DNA of 40,411 nucleotides from Sideroxydans sp. (GCA_020053195.1 JAGVNQ010000118.1:1-40411), one strand, 5' to 3'. Counted from the first letter of the stretch, positions 1 to 10,170 are shown. The notes: generated by a model not told the origin, from the sequence alone. Program-made: numbers and translations.

Positions 1-15
1 GTGCTCTTCCGATCT
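1..15. other. Illumina TruSeq adapter remnant (artefact, not genomic)
   Basis: GTGCTCTTCCGATCT equals the 3' end of the TruSeq read-2 primer/adapter (…AGACGTGTGCTCTTCCGATCT) and sits at base 1. Confidence 0.9.
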
Positions 16-31
16 CTAAAGCCCGACCTAC
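16..31 (-). repeat. Partial GTAG-family REP element
   Basis: Minus strand reads GTAGGTCGGGCTTTAG, a GTAG-started half palindrome just downstream of the last gene of the cluster; truncated by the contig edge. Confidence 0.55.
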
Positions 32-73
32 GAATCCCATGTTGTCGCAAGGAATCAGCATCTGATGAATTGT

Positions 74-1900
74 TCAGTGCCCGTTCGGGGTCGGCGTGTA
101 TTCGGGCACCCAGCGGCGCAAGCCTTCGCGCACTGCGTCGTCGGCGTGTGGCACATCGTGGCTGACCCAATCCACCAAAGTTTGCAATTCGTCGGCGGAG
201 ACTGCGCGCGCCTGCGCGATGCGCAATTTTTGATGCGGCGTGGGCAGGGTCTGTTCGCTGTCGGCCAGCAATTCTTCATACAGTTTTTCGCCAGGGCGCA
301 GGCCGGTAAATTCGATCTTGATGTCGTCTTCGCTGAAACCGGAAAGACGGATCATGTCTTTGGCCAGATCGACGATCTTCACCGACGCGCCCATATCCAG
401 CACGAAGATTTCACCGCCTTTACCCATGCAGCCAGCTTGCATCACCAACTGTGCGGCTTCGGGGATGGACATGAAGAAGCGCGTGATCTCGGGATGGGTG
501 ACCGTGATCGGTCCGCCGTTGGCAATCTGTTCATGGAATTTAGGAATCACGCTGCCATTGCTGCCCAGCACATTGCCGAAGCGCACGATAACTAATCCTG
601 TACCGCTTTCCTGCTGCATGCCCTGGCATACCATCTCGGCCAGCCGTTTGGTGGTGCCCATCACGTTGGTCGGGTTCACCGCTTTATCGGTGGAGATCAG
701 CACGAACTTTTCCACACCGTGTTTCTGCGAACATTTCACCACCTGCCACGTGCCGAACACGTTGTTGCGCACAGCTTGCCATGTGTTGTGGCGCTCCATC
801 AGCGGCACGTGTTTGTAGGCGGCGGCATGAAACACCACGGCGGGTTTATATTCCACAAACACTTGATCCAGCCGCACCGCATCGCGCACATCGCCCGCCA
901 GATACACGATATTCAGTTGCGGGAATTTTTTGTTCATTTCCTGTTCGATGTTGTACAGCGCGAACTCACTGGCCTCGAACAGCACCAGCCTTCCGGGCGC
1001 AAAGCGCGCGATCTGGCGGCACAACTCGGAACCGATGGAACCGCCCGCGCCGGTGACCAGCACGACTTTGTCGGTCAATTGCCGGTGCAACCCGGCATCA
1101 TCCAATAACACAGGATCACGCCCGAGCAAATCATCCAACTCCACCGCGCGCAATTGCGAAATGGCGACGCGACCGCTCAACAAGTCTTCGAAACCCGGTA
1201 CGGTTAACGCTTTGACCCCATTCTGGGTGGCCAGGTCAATGGCGCGTTTGCGTTTCTGGTGGGCGGCGGAAGGCATAGCGATAATGACTTGTTGCAGGCT
1301 GAAACGATGTTTCCATTGCGGCAGGCTTTCCAAATTGCCCAATACTTTTATACCGTTCAGCGTACGACCCTGTTTGTTCGAGTCGTCATCGAGAAAACCC
1401 ACCAGATGCCAGTCGTTGCTGCGCGCCAGTTCTTTGGACAGCGCCACGCCCGCTTCGCCTGCGCCCAAAACCAGCACCGGTTCGCCGCGCAGATGAAAAT
1501 CGCCGTACAACAAGTTTTCTTTCCACAGCCGGTACAGCAGACGGCTGCCGCCCATCATCAGCATCAGCAGCAGCGGGTCTATAATCAGCACCGAACGCGG
1601 CACTACAGCTTCGACGCGGAACAAGCCCAGCACCATGGGAATAAGCGCGGTGGCCGCGATAACCGCAAACAAGATACGGCGCAGGTCGGCCACGCTGGCG
1701 TAGCGCCACACACCGCGATACAGGCTGAAGCCCCAGAAAACTGCGCCTTGCAGCGGCACGACCCAAATTATTGTTTGCCACAGTTCTTCCCGGAAACCTT
1801 CCGGCAAATCAAAATTGAAACGCAGCAGATAGGCAAACCACCATGCGAGCACTGCCGCAAGTAAATCGTGCAATATGGCGATCAGGGTATTCTTGCTCAT
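74..1900 (-). CDS. Membrane-bound UDP-GlcNAc 4,6-dehydratase (WbpM/PglF/CapD family)
   Basis: 608 aa; four N-terminal hydrophobic helices, GAGEAG, then GAGGSIGSE, HAAAYKHVP, STDKAVNP, MxxxK (MGTTK), RFGNVLGS and GLRPGEKL motifs. Confidence 0.95.
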   Translation of the reverse strand: MSKNTLIAILHDLLAAVLAWWFAYLLRFNFDLPEGFREELWQTIIWVVPLQGAVFWGFSLYRGVWRYASVADLRRILFAVIAATALIPMVLGLFRVEAVVPRSVLIIDPLLLMLMMGGSRLLYRLWKENLLYGDFHLRGEPVLVLGAGEAGVALSKELARSNDWHLVGFLDDDSNKQGRTLNGIKVLGNLESLPQWKHRFSLQQVIIAMPSAAHQKRKRAIDLATQNGVKALTVPGFEDLLSGRVAISQLRAVELDDLLGRDPVLLDDAGLHRQLTDKVVLVTGAGGSIGSELCRQIARFAPGRLVLFEASEFALYNIEQEMNKKFPQLNIVYLAGDVRDAVRLDQVFVEYKPAVVFHAAAYKHVPLMERHNTWQAVRNNVFGTWQVVKCSQKHGVEKFVLISTDKAVNPTNVMGTTKRLAEMVCQGMQQESGTGLVIVRFGNVLGSNGSVIPKFHEQIANGGPITVTHPEITRFFMSIPEAAQLVMQAGCMGKGGEIFVLDMGASVKIVDLAKDMIRLSGFSEDDIKIEFTGLRPGEKLYEELLADSEQTLPTPHQKLRIAQARAVSADELQTLVDWVSHDVPHADDAVREGLRRWVPEYTPTPNGH

Positions 1901-2865
1901 ATTTTATTGAATTCTTTCCAGCGCATATCCAAAACCAACATCAGCAAAACGTAGATGCCGCCCCAGAGCAGAAGCATTTGCCACGGCAAAGCCCGTTGTA
2001 ACGAGCACAAGGCCGAGATGCCCGCACACAGCATCAGTACGTATTCGAGCAACGCGACATTATGATGTTTCCAACCCATTTGCACGGCGCGCTGATAATA
2101 ATGTTCGCGGTGCGCTTCGGTGATCTTCACTCCGCGCAAAGAGCGTCTTACCAGCGTCGCGCTGGCATCCACAATGAACGGCGAGAACACCAGCAGCGGA
2201 AACCACGCTTGCCAGCAGCCGAGCTGCCAACCTTGCAAACCCAGCGCTGCCACCAGAAATCCCAGCGGGACAGAACCGGCATCGCCCATGAACACGCGAG
2301 CCTTGGGAAAATTGAATAAGAGAAAACCCAACGCTGCCGCCGCCACGGAAAAATTCAACAGGGCAAAATTTTCGTGGCCGCCCTGCATGGCGGCAATACC
2401 GAACACGCCGAAGCCAAACAACGCCATGCCGCCCGCCATACCGTCCGAGCCATCCATGAAATTGTAGAGATTGGTCATCCATACAGTGAGCAGGATTGCC
2501 GCTACGCCGACCGCTATGCCTTGTTGCGCGAGCAGACCGGAACCGACCACAAGCATCATGGCAGCCAGCAGTTGCACCGCCAAGCGCTGCTTCACCGGCA
2601 GGCAGTAAATGTCATCCAGAAAAGAAACCGCCAGCAAGCCGAGCATCGGCAGCAGCAGCCACCATTGCAGCGATGCGAACAGCAGCGTCCAACCCGCGAG
2701 TATGCCGGCCATCAATCCCACGCCGCCGATGCGCGGAGTGGGGGCGGCATGCAGCGAGCGCTCATTGGGAATGTCCTGTACTTTCGCGCCCCACTTGCTG
2801 CGCAAGATGGCGGCGATCATTAGCGCCGAAACCAGCGCAGCTACGATAGGAGCATATCTATTCAT
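1897..2865 (-). CDS. Polyprenyl-phosphate HexNAc-1-phosphate transferase (WecA/WbpL, MraY-like family)
   Basis: Polytopic; DIPNERSLHxxPTPRIGG, DD, NLYNFMDGxDG, FMGDAG and AHREHxYQR motifs; ATGA overlap with the next gene. Confidence 0.93.
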   Translation of the reverse strand: MNRYAPIVAALVSALMIAAILRSKWGAKVQDIPNERSLHAAPTPRIGGVGLMAGILAGWTLLFASLQWWLLLPMLGLLAVSFLDDIYCLPVKQRLAVQLLAAMMLVVGSGLLAQQGIAVGVAAILLTVWMTNLYNFMDGSDGMAGGMALFGFGVFGIAAMQGGHENFALLNFSVAAAALGFLLFNFPKARVFMGDAGSVPLGFLVAALGLQGWQLGCWQAWFPLLVFSPFIVDASATLVRRSLRGVKITEAHREHYYQRAVQMGWKHHNVALLEYVLMLCAGISALCSLQRALPWQMLLLWGGIYVLLMLVLDMRWKEFNKI

Positions 2866-2974
2866 ATTCGAAAATTCGATGTCACCCTGCGGTAAGACTC
2901 ATTCAATGCCTCATCAGAGCTTGAACCAGATTGCCACCAATAATCTGATGCCATATTAGAAATGCGGCAGCCGC

Positions 2975-4105
2975 TTAAATATGTTTTGACCAGACAGTGC
3001 GATTCACATAATCCACATAGCTCATCACAATCCGCAACATCTGCTTGGATACCGGACCCGCCTCGTAATCCTGCACCGGGCGCATGATTCGCTTGGTCTT
3101 GTCATGTTGGCTGATGATGACCTGCACGGCATCCAGCACGCGCTCTTTCCTCAGCCCGCTCATGATGAGCGTGCCGACATCCATGCCTTCCGGGCGCTCG
3201 TGCGCGTTGCGGATAGTGATCGCGGGCAGGTTGAGCAGCGAGCCTTCTTCGGTGATGGTGCCACTGTCAGAGACGACGCACAGCGCCTCCATCTGCAATT
3301 TAATGTAGTCGCAGAAACCGAACGGTTTGAGGAATTGGATGTGCGGGTTGAGCTGGCCCAACTCCATCGAATCCAAACGTTTGCGCGTGCGCGGGTGGGT
3401 TGAGACGATGACCGGGCAGTCATAGGTTTCGGCCAGCGCGTTGAGCGTTTCCACCATGTTGCTCATGTTTTCCGGGCTGTCGATGTTTTCTTCGCGGTGC
3501 GCGCTTACGATAAAGAATTTGTTCGCGGTCAAACCCATACGTTGCAATATGTCCGATTGCACGATCTTCGGCATGTAGTGTTCCAGCACCTCGTGCATGT
3601 GCGAGCCGGTTTTGATGATGGTCTCGGGACGGATTCCTTCGGCGATCAAGTAACGGCGCGCGTGTTCGGTCAGCACAAGATTGATGTCGCTCAGATGGTC
3701 GAGCACTTTGCGGTTCAACTCTTCCGGCACGCGCTGGTCGAAACAGCGGTTACCCGCTTCCATGTGAAACACCGGAATTTTGCGGCGCTTGGCCGCGATG
3801 ACCGCCAGACAGGAGTTGGTATCACCGTACAGCATGACCGCATCGGGCTGCTCTTTTTCCATGACGGCATCGGATTTTTCGATCACGCGTGCAATGGTTT
3901 GTGCGGCGTTCTCGCCCACCGCTTCGAGAAAATGATCCGGCTTGCGAATGCCCAAGTCTTCAAAGAATAGTTGGTTCAACTCGTAATCGTAATTTTGTCC
4001 AGTGTGAACCAGCACATGCTGCGTGTGCTGATCGAACTCGGCGATCACGCGGCTCATTTTGATCAGTTCGGGGCGAGTCCCGACGATGGTCATCACTTTA
4101 AGCAT
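2975..4105 (-). CDS. wecB: UDP-N-acetylhexosamine 2-epimerase, non-hydrolysing (WbjD/FnlC/QnlB-type, WecB family)
   Basis: GTRPELIK, HTGQNYDYEL, GDTNS, HMEAGNR, SAHREEN, SDSGT and HERPE motifs; adjacent to fnlA. Confidence 0.93.
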   Translation of the reverse strand: MLKVMTIVGTRPELIKMSRVIAEFDQHTQHVLVHTGQNYDYELNQLFFEDLGIRKPDHFLEAVGENAAQTIARVIEKSDAVMEKEQPDAVMLYGDTNSCLAVIAAKRRKIPVFHMEAGNRCFDQRVPEELNRKVLDHLSDINLVLTEHARRYLIAEGIRPETIIKTGSHMHEVLEHYMPKIVQSDILQRMGLTANKFFIVSAHREENIDSPENMSNMVETLNALAETYDCPVIVSTHPRTRKRLDSMELGQLNPHIQFLKPFGFCDYIKLQMEALCVVSDSGTITEEGSLLNLPAITIRNAHERPEGMDVGTLIMSGLRKERVLDAVQVIISQHDKTKRIMRPVQDYEAGPVSKQMLRIVMSYVDYVNRTVWSKHI

Positions 4106-5108
4106 TTAATTCTTCCTTGATGTAATCCAGTTTCAACAGCAACGCTTTGACTTGTTCGACATTCAGCCGCTCGGTGTTGTGCGAGGTGTAATCCTCCTGC
4201 TGCGAAATTTTCTCTTCGCCTTCGCTGAAATATTTCGCGTAATTGAGGTCGCGGTTGTCGGCAGGGATGCGGTAATAGCCGCCCATATCCTGGGCATGCA
4301 CCATTTCTTCGCGCGAGATCAACGACTCGTACAACTTCTCGCCATGGCGCGTGCCGATGATGCGCACCGCACTGTCGCCCTCGAACAACTCTTTTAGTGC
4401 TTGCGCCAGATCGGCGACCGTTGACGCGGGCGCTTTTTGCACGAAGATGTCGCCCTGCTTGCCGTGCTCGTAGGCATACAACACCAGATCGACAGAGTCT
4501 TCCAGCGACATCAAAAAACGTGTCATGTTGGGGTCGGTCACCGTCAGCGGCTTGCCCTCTTTCAACTGCGACACAAACAAGGGGATAACCGAGCCGCGCG
4601 AAGCCATCACGTTGCCGTAGCGCGTGGCGCAGAACACCGTCTCGGTCTCGCGCTGTATGCGCGATTTGGCCACCATCAGTTTTTCGGCCATCGCTTTGGA
4701 GATGCCCATGGCGTTGATCGGATACACCGCCTTGTCAGTGCTCAATACCACCACACGTATTACCCCGTTGGCAGTGGCCGCATTCAACACGTTCTCGGTG
4801 CCGACCACATTGGTGCGCACCGCTTCCATCGGGTAGAACTCGCACGAGGGGACTTGTTTCAATGCAGCCGCATGGAACACATAGTCCACGCCGCGCATGG
4901 CCTGATAGACGCTGTCGTAATCGCGCACATCGCCTATGTAGAACTTCAACTTGCTGTTGTTGAGCGCGATGCGCATGTCCTCCTGTTTCTTTTCGTCGCG
5001 ACTGAAAATGCGTATCTCGCCCACTTCGGTTGAGAGGAAACGATTGAGCACGGTATTCCCGAAAGAACCCGTGCCGCCGGTAATCATCAATGTTTTGCCT
5101 TTGAACAT
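4098..5108 (-). CDS. fnlA: UDP-GlcNAc 4,6-dehydratase/5-epimerase (FnlA/WbjB/CapE)
   Basis: TGGTGSFG, FSRDEKKQ, AAALKQVPSCEF, STDKAVYPINAMGISK, DNRDLNY; ATG at 5108 preferred over TTG at 5120. Confidence 0.93.
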   Translation of the reverse strand: MFKGKTLMITGGTGSFGNTVLNRFLSTEVGEIRIFSRDEKKQEDMRIALNNSKLKFYIGDVRDYDSVYQAMRGVDYVFHAAALKQVPSCEFYPMEAVRTNVVGTENVLNAATANGVIRVVVLSTDKAVYPINAMGISKAMAEKLMVAKSRIQRETETVFCATRYGNVMASRGSVIPLFVSQLKEGKPLTVTDPNMTRFLMSLEDSVDLVLYAYEHGKQGDIFVQKAPASTVADLAQALKELFEGDSAVRIIGTRHGEKLYESLISREEMVHAQDMGGYYRIPADNRDLNYAKYFSEGEEKISQQEDYTSHNTERLNVEQVKALLLKLDYIKEELNA

Positions 5109-5122
5109 AATTCGATCCAAGT

Positions 5123-5977
5123 TTATTTATATGCGTGCATCAATTCGATCAGCTCCGGCCACCCGGGTGCGATATAGCCTGTTGCTGACTGGAAGCGCCC
5201 GGCGTTAAGCGAACGATCAATCACCAGTTTCTCGTCCGGCACGATGTCGATGTTCTTGCCATAGACATCTGCAATCAACGTTAGTAGATCGTATTTGTTG
5301 ATCGGCTTGGCTGCCACGTGGTACAGCCCGGACAGCTCGGTATGCGGGATCACCACGTCCCGTATCACCCCGGCAAAAACCACCGTTGGCAAGCCGGAAA
5401 AAACGGCGCGAGTATAACCTTTGCAGCGCCCCTGTTGCGACATGAACCAGTCCAGCAATCCATAATTGCTTTGCAATTCGTGGCCTATGGTCGAGGTGCG
5501 CAAGGTAATGCAGTGCGCATCAAGCACTTCACCCAATGCCTTGGATTTGCCGTACACATCGCGCGCATCGGCGAAATCATCTTCGGTGTAATTGCCCTTT
5601 TCGCCGGAGAATACGCAGTCGGTGCTGATATGAATCAAACGTGCGCCAGCCAGTTTGCTCAGCCCCGCCAAGCGATGCGGCATCAGCGTGTTGATCGGAA
5701 TGGAAACCAGCGGGTCTTCGGCTTCCGGCTTGTGTTTGGTTAAGCCCGCACAATTGACGACCACGTCGGGACGAATTTGATCCATAACTCTGACCAGAGC
5801 ATCATGGTTTTCTACATCAATGTTGGCGATCAGGCGATTGCTGATTGGGGCGGAAAAAAATCGCTTGGACCTTTCATTGCGAACGCTGCCGAAAATTTCC
5901 CAGGATTTGTTTTCACGCAGCACGCGCAGCACCGCACTGCCTATCATCCCACTCGCTCCAATTACCAATATTCTCAT
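5123..5977 (-). CDS. RmlD-like SDR 4-reductase (WbvR/QnlA type)
   Basis: 284 aa; GASGMIG, ISTDCVFSG, YGKSK; no C-terminal cupin domain as in FnlB/WbjC. Confidence 0.85.
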   Translation of the reverse strand: MRILVIGASGMIGSAVLRVLRENKSWEIFGSVRNERSKRFFSAPISNRLIANIDVENHDALVRVMDQIRPDVVVNCAGLTKHKPEAEDPLVSIPINTLMPHRLAGLSKLAGARLIHISTDCVFSGEKGNYTEDDFADARDVYGKSKALGEVLDAHCITLRTSTIGHELQSNYGLLDWFMSQQGRCKGYTRAVFSGLPTVVFAGVIRDVVIPHTELSGLYHVAAKPINKYDLLTLIADVYGKNIDIVPDEKLVIDRSLNAGRFQSATGYIAPGWPELIELMHAYK

Positions 5978-7206
5978 TCCAGAACCTCTTTACTTTGCGA
6001 CACCGACTGTAGATACCCGATCAACTCTTCAACCAAACGCTCGTGATCAAAATGCGCCTGATAATATTTTCGGCCATTTTCGCCCATTTGATTGCGGGCT
6101 TCAGGGGATAATTTGTATAGCTGCAATACTGTTTCTGCCAATGCCTGAGCATCCTCAGCCGGTGTGGCAAACCCTGCCCCTGCCTCGACCACCAAGTTCG
6201 CTCCCTCACCATTCAAGCAGGCAATGATGGGTCTCCCAGCCGCCAAGTAAGCCTGGATTTTGTTGGGGACGGTCGCTGCAAAAATCAGCCTATCCGTCAG
6301 CGTCACCAACAATGCGGATGCTTTTTGCATGAATCCCGGCATCATTTCCACCGGGAATCTTCCCGGCAAATGCAGGTTGCCAAGCCCGAGCCGTCGCGCT
6401 TCGTTCACCATCCATTCGCGGGAACTTCCATCTCCCAACACAACAAAATGGATTGCCACATGCTCTTTCAACAAAGAGGCAGCTTCGACGATCACTTCGA
6501 CGGCCTGTGCCGCGCCAATATTGCCCGCGAACATCACACTGAATCCCCCGTCAAGTCCCTCGACTTGAGGGGTTTCGACAGCGGACGGTCGGGCAAAGGA
6601 ATCATCCACCGAGTTGGGGTAATACGCGATAGGCGTGCTTGGTGCCAATGCGCTCACCGGCTTCTCGAAAGCCCGCGACTGCACCAGCAATAAATCGGAA
6701 TGGCGATAGATGAAGCAAACCACTTGGCGCACTGCGCCGATGATAAATCCGTTTTGAACATAGCCCGTCGCCGATAGACTTTCCGGCCATAAATCCTGCA
6801 CCCAAATAATGATTTTTTTACCTTTTAGCCACCCGATAAAAAGCGCGGGGATTGCCAGCAGAATAGGGGAAAGCCCGTACACAAAGATGACATCATATTG
6901 ACGTTTGCGCAGCAACCACGAGCCACTGACCAAGCCGAAAAAAATGAATGAAAGATAGTTCAGCATCAGCCTGAAACGGCTATTGCGGCCTCGCGGAAAT
7001 AACGGGACGCGATGCACGGTCGCGCCTTGCCACTGCTCCTGCTGGCAACCCCAGGCACGGTAGCCGGGCGAAATTTTTCCTTCGGGATAATTGGGCTTGC
7101 CCGTGAGTATCTCAACTTCGATCCCGCGCGCAACCATGCTTTCCACAATCGCGTTGATGCGAAAATTCTCCGGCCAGAAATATTGGCTCACAACAAGCAC
7201 GCGCAT
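5974..7206 (-). CDS. Glycosyltransferase family 4 (WbuB/WbjE-like)
   Basis: VSQYFWPE, TGKPNYP, WVQDLWPES, FAGNIG, VPNKIQAY motifs. Confidence 0.9.
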   Translation of the reverse strand: MRVLVVSQYFWPENFRINAIVESMVARGIEVEILTGKPNYPEGKISPGYRAWGCQQEQWQGATVHRVPLFPRGRNSRFRLMLNYLSFIFFGLVSGSWLLRKRQYDVIFVYGLSPILLAIPALFIGWLKGKKIIIWVQDLWPESLSATGYVQNGFIIGAVRQVVCFIYRHSDLLLVQSRAFEKPVSALAPSTPIAYYPNSVDDSFARPSAVETPQVEGLDGGFSVMFAGNIGAAQAVEVIVEAASLLKEHVAIHFVVLGDGSSREWMVNEARRLGLGNLHLPGRFPVEMMPGFMQKASALLVTLTDRLIFAATVPNKIQAYLAAGRPIIACLNGEGANLVVEAGAGFATPAEDAQALAETVLQLYKLSPEARNQMGENGRKYYQAHFDHERLVEELIGYLQSVSQSKEVLE

Positions 7207-7207
7207 G

Positions 7208-8260
7208 CTATTCCGCCTTCACCAATATGTTTTTCAAGAACGCTCCAGCATCCAGCAATGGTAACGCCTCGTCCTTGAGACCCATGAAACGCTTCACCGC
7301 TCTGGCAATGGAGACCGGAGACTCTGGATCAAAGGTCTGCTCCGGGTCTAGAACATCGCGCACATAATCCAGTTCCGATGCCAGCACAGGCAAGCCTGCC
7401 TGGCGTGCCTCGATCAACGGCAAACCGAACGATTCGAACGTCGAAGGATATATCGAGGCGGATGCTTTTTTATAAAGCTCTAAAACCTTCTGATGGGACA
7501 ACACACCCAGATTCTCCACTTTCAATCCATACTGTTGCCGCAACGCTTCAATCTCTCCGCATAACCCGGCAAAACAGCCCTTATCCAGAGTCAAACATAA
7601 CGAAGGGAACACGCCTTCCTCCGCCAACAAACACCAAGCTTTGAGCAGGCGACGATGGTTCTTGTGCGGCTCGCCGGACGCGATATAGACGAAGTCGCAA
7701 CTTCTCGCTGCAAGTTGTTTTGCTTGCGATGCGCTACGCGCATAACCATTTGACTCCGCCACAAAGGGGAGGACTCGTACCGGTACTTTTCCGCCCGTTT
7801 TATTATCCAGCAATCTTTTCATCGTCGGCGTTTGTACGATAAACTCATTGACGTTTGACATCCTGCCGGATAACCACAGCCGCTCCAAAACAAGCCGTAA
7901 CCTCACCCTTAAAGAAAATCCATCTAACTTGACATCATCTATAAGATAGCGATTCTGCACAAAGACCCGCGTATGTCCGCTTAGCTTGAACAAGGGAGGA
8001 AGATTGCCGAAACACAAGACAATATCTTCTGAAACAACACTCCGGGCAAGCCATCTTTCTGCCCGCAATCGTTGCATAACAGTCGGTTTAACGCGCTTGA
8101 TTTGAACGTTATCAGGCATGCTCCTTGGAGCAGGCATACGCTCATCCAGAGACAATACAAACTCCGTTCCGCAATCAAGCTCTTTCAACAACGCATCGAG
8201 CAAAGACCGCCCGCCACCTTGATGCACGTTCGTCGCATGAATAAATACTCTGATTGCCAT
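7208..8260 (-). CDS. Glycosyltransferase family 4
   Basis: PHKN and YPSTFESFGLPLIEA (EX7E) motifs. Confidence 0.88.
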   Translation of the reverse strand: MAIRVFIHATNVHQGGGRSLLDALLKELDCGTEFVLSLDERMPAPRSMPDNVQIKRVKPTVMQRLRAERWLARSVVSEDIVLCFGNLPPLFKLSGHTRVFVQNRYLIDDVKLDGFSLRVRLRLVLERLWLSGRMSNVNEFIVQTPTMKRLLDNKTGGKVPVRVLPFVAESNGYARSASQAKQLAARSCDFVYIASGEPHKNHRRLLKAWCLLAEEGVFPSLCLTLDKGCFAGLCGEIEALRQQYGLKVENLGVLSHQKVLELYKKASASIYPSTFESFGLPLIEARQAGLPVLASELDYVRDVLDPEQTFDPESPVSIARAVKRFMGLKDEALPLLDAGAFLKNILVKAE

Positions 8261-8319
8261 GATCTTCTTGACGGCTCAGTCAGCTTGGCTTTGTTCAGCC
8301 GAAGGGAGGAGGCAACTCA

Positions 8320-9414
8320 TCATCCGATTACTCGCTTAACTACCTGCAAATATTGCCTGCCCCATTTCGTATCTGGCTCCAGATGATTTCCTTCAGCCCA
8401 CTCGTTCCATGATTTCACAAAGACCAGTTTGTGTTCATCATCACGATGATCCAACTCACTCACTGCCTCTTGTAAATGTTTCTCAAAAAGCGCGGGGGTA
8501 GAATTCGCTACGACCAACCCCTTGCGTCCCTTGCGAGGCGTGTTATCCCAATTGGGAAAAACGCAAGGATAGGCTTCGCACCCGAACTGATTGAGATCGG
8601 GAATAAGATGTTTGATCACCTCGCTATATTCGACAATACGCGGTCCGCCCAAAGCCAGCCGCCGCCTGATTCCCCATATTATTCTGGAGGCCTCGTTTAC
8701 CACCGAATTGGCTGTGTTAGTCACGGCCAGCGTGGATACTAAAACCGCATCCAAACCAAGAGCGCCTGCATCTTTGAAGTCCAGCATATTGATGCCCACG
8801 ATATGCAAGCCCTTAAGCCCGGCCTGCAATGCCAACTCACGCCAAAGATCAAATCTTCTCTTAGCTTCAGGGATGTCTGTCGGCTTGAATATTACAAATA
8901 TCGGCTTGCCATCCACCGTCATATAACGGTGATCTCGAAAGGCGGTTAGCAGATAATCAAAGTGCGCTCTATCATCTGCCTCGCCGGGATAAGTTTGGTC
9001 AATCAACAAGCGATGCGGTTCGTCTTTCCAGATTCCGCTCCACGAATGATTGGCCCATCCCAAACAAAATGGAAAATCTGGTGAACCGGATTCAAGCACC
9101 TCGTTAAACGGTCGCTCCAACATGCGGCGACCTGCAAACCAATAGTGCCAGTAGCAAAAACCTTCCACCCCGTATGCGGCAGCCATTTCTGCCTGAGCTA
9201 CTCTCGTCTCAGGCAGCCTGAGGTCATAAAAACCCAAATCTGCCGGAACAACCGGCTGTTCATGCCCCTTGAACAGAGACTTCGCACTGGCCACATTTGT
9301 CCACTCTGTAAAGCCTTTGCCCCACCATTCATCATTTTCGGGTGTGGGATGAAATTGGGGTAAATAGAACGCGATTACGCGAGCCTTTTTTTTCATGCTG
9401 ATTTCTTCATTCAT
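8320..9414 (-). CDS. WbsX-like / GH99-like domain protein (putative glycosyltransferase)
   Basis: IAFYLPQFH, ENDEWWGKGFTEWTNV, LGFYDLR, GFCYWHYWF, WDNTPR, SWNEWAEG; start could be ATG 9396. Confidence 0.88.
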   Translation of the reverse strand: MNEEISMKKKARVIAFYLPQFHPTPENDEWWGKGFTEWTNVASAKSLFKGHEQPVVPADLGFYDLRLPETRVAQAEMAAAYGVEGFCYWHYWFAGRRMLERPFNEVLESGSPDFPFCLGWANHSWSGIWKDEPHRLLIDQTYPGEADDRAHFDYLLTAFRDHRYMTVDGKPIFVIFKPTDIPEAKRRFDLWRELALQAGLKGLHIVGINMLDFKDAGALGLDAVLVSTLAVTNTANSVVNEASRIIWGIRRRLALGGPRIVEYSEVIKHLIPDLNQFGCEAYPCVFPNWDNTPRKGRKGLVVANSTPALFEKHLQEAVSELDHRDDEHKLVFVKSWNEWAEGNHLEPDTKWGRQYLQVVKRVIG

Positions 9415-9468
9415 ATTTATATCTTCAACTGCGCTTCAATTGGATGGGCTGACATTTTCCTGCATGGC

Positions 9469-10170
9469 TCATGACTCTTCTAACGCCTCCCACTTGCCGC
9501 TTGTAAAATTGAACCGCTTTAATATCTTTGCGGGAATACCCGCGACAATTACATTGTCAGGCATATCGCGCGTTACCACCGAGTTTGCTCCAACGACAAC
9601 ACCATTCCCAATTCGCACAGGGCCGACGATGGTAACGTTGTCACCCATCCAAACATTGGAGCCAATAACGACAGGCCCATGCGAAACCAACTCACGCATG
9701 ACAGGCGGCTCACTTGGATGGCTGTGTTTTGCCCCCTTGTAAGACCCATGATTATGGTCGCTGATATACACACCGCTACCAAACAGGCAGTTATCACCAA
9801 TCTCTATACGATTGATTGCTGAAATATGCAGGCGCTCAGAAGCGTGAAACCCATTTCCGAATTTAATTTTCGGCTTATATGCGTCTTCGCCAGATTCCGT
9901 CACTGCCTCGATCCACGCATTGCGACCAATAGATGACCGCTCACCCACCGTGATGAAGCAGGTACCTATCACTCTTGATCCGCGCCCCAAATATGCCTTC
10001 TCCCAGCCGGCCAAATAAGCTGAAATCTTTCCTTCGATTATGTAAACGAACCAACCAACCAATCGAAACAGCACCACCCGAGGTTGTTCTTGAGCAGCCA
10101 CTTTCGCAATTTGCAATAAGCGTCTTGAAAAGCCAGCTATGAAAGGAATTCGCTGCATGAATAATTTCAT
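9469..10170 (-). CDS. Hexapeptide-repeat (left-handed beta-helix) sugar O-acetyltransferase
   Basis: IGDNCLFGSGVYISDHNHG, IGSNVWMG, IGNGVVVGANSVV, GIPAK; start moved to ATG 10170 to avoid overlap with GT2. Confidence 0.85.
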   Translation of the reverse strand: MKLFMQRIPFIAGFSRRLLQIAKVAAQEQPRVVLFRLVGWFVYIIEGKISAYLAGWEKAYLGRGSRVIGTCFITVGERSSIGRNAWIEAVTESGEDAYKPKIKFGNGFHASERLHISAINRIEIGDNCLFGSGVYISDHNHGSYKGAKHSHPSEPPVMRELVSHGPVVIGSNVWMGDNVTIVGPVRIGNGVVVGANSVVTRDMPDNVIVAGIPAKILKRFNFTSGKWEALEES

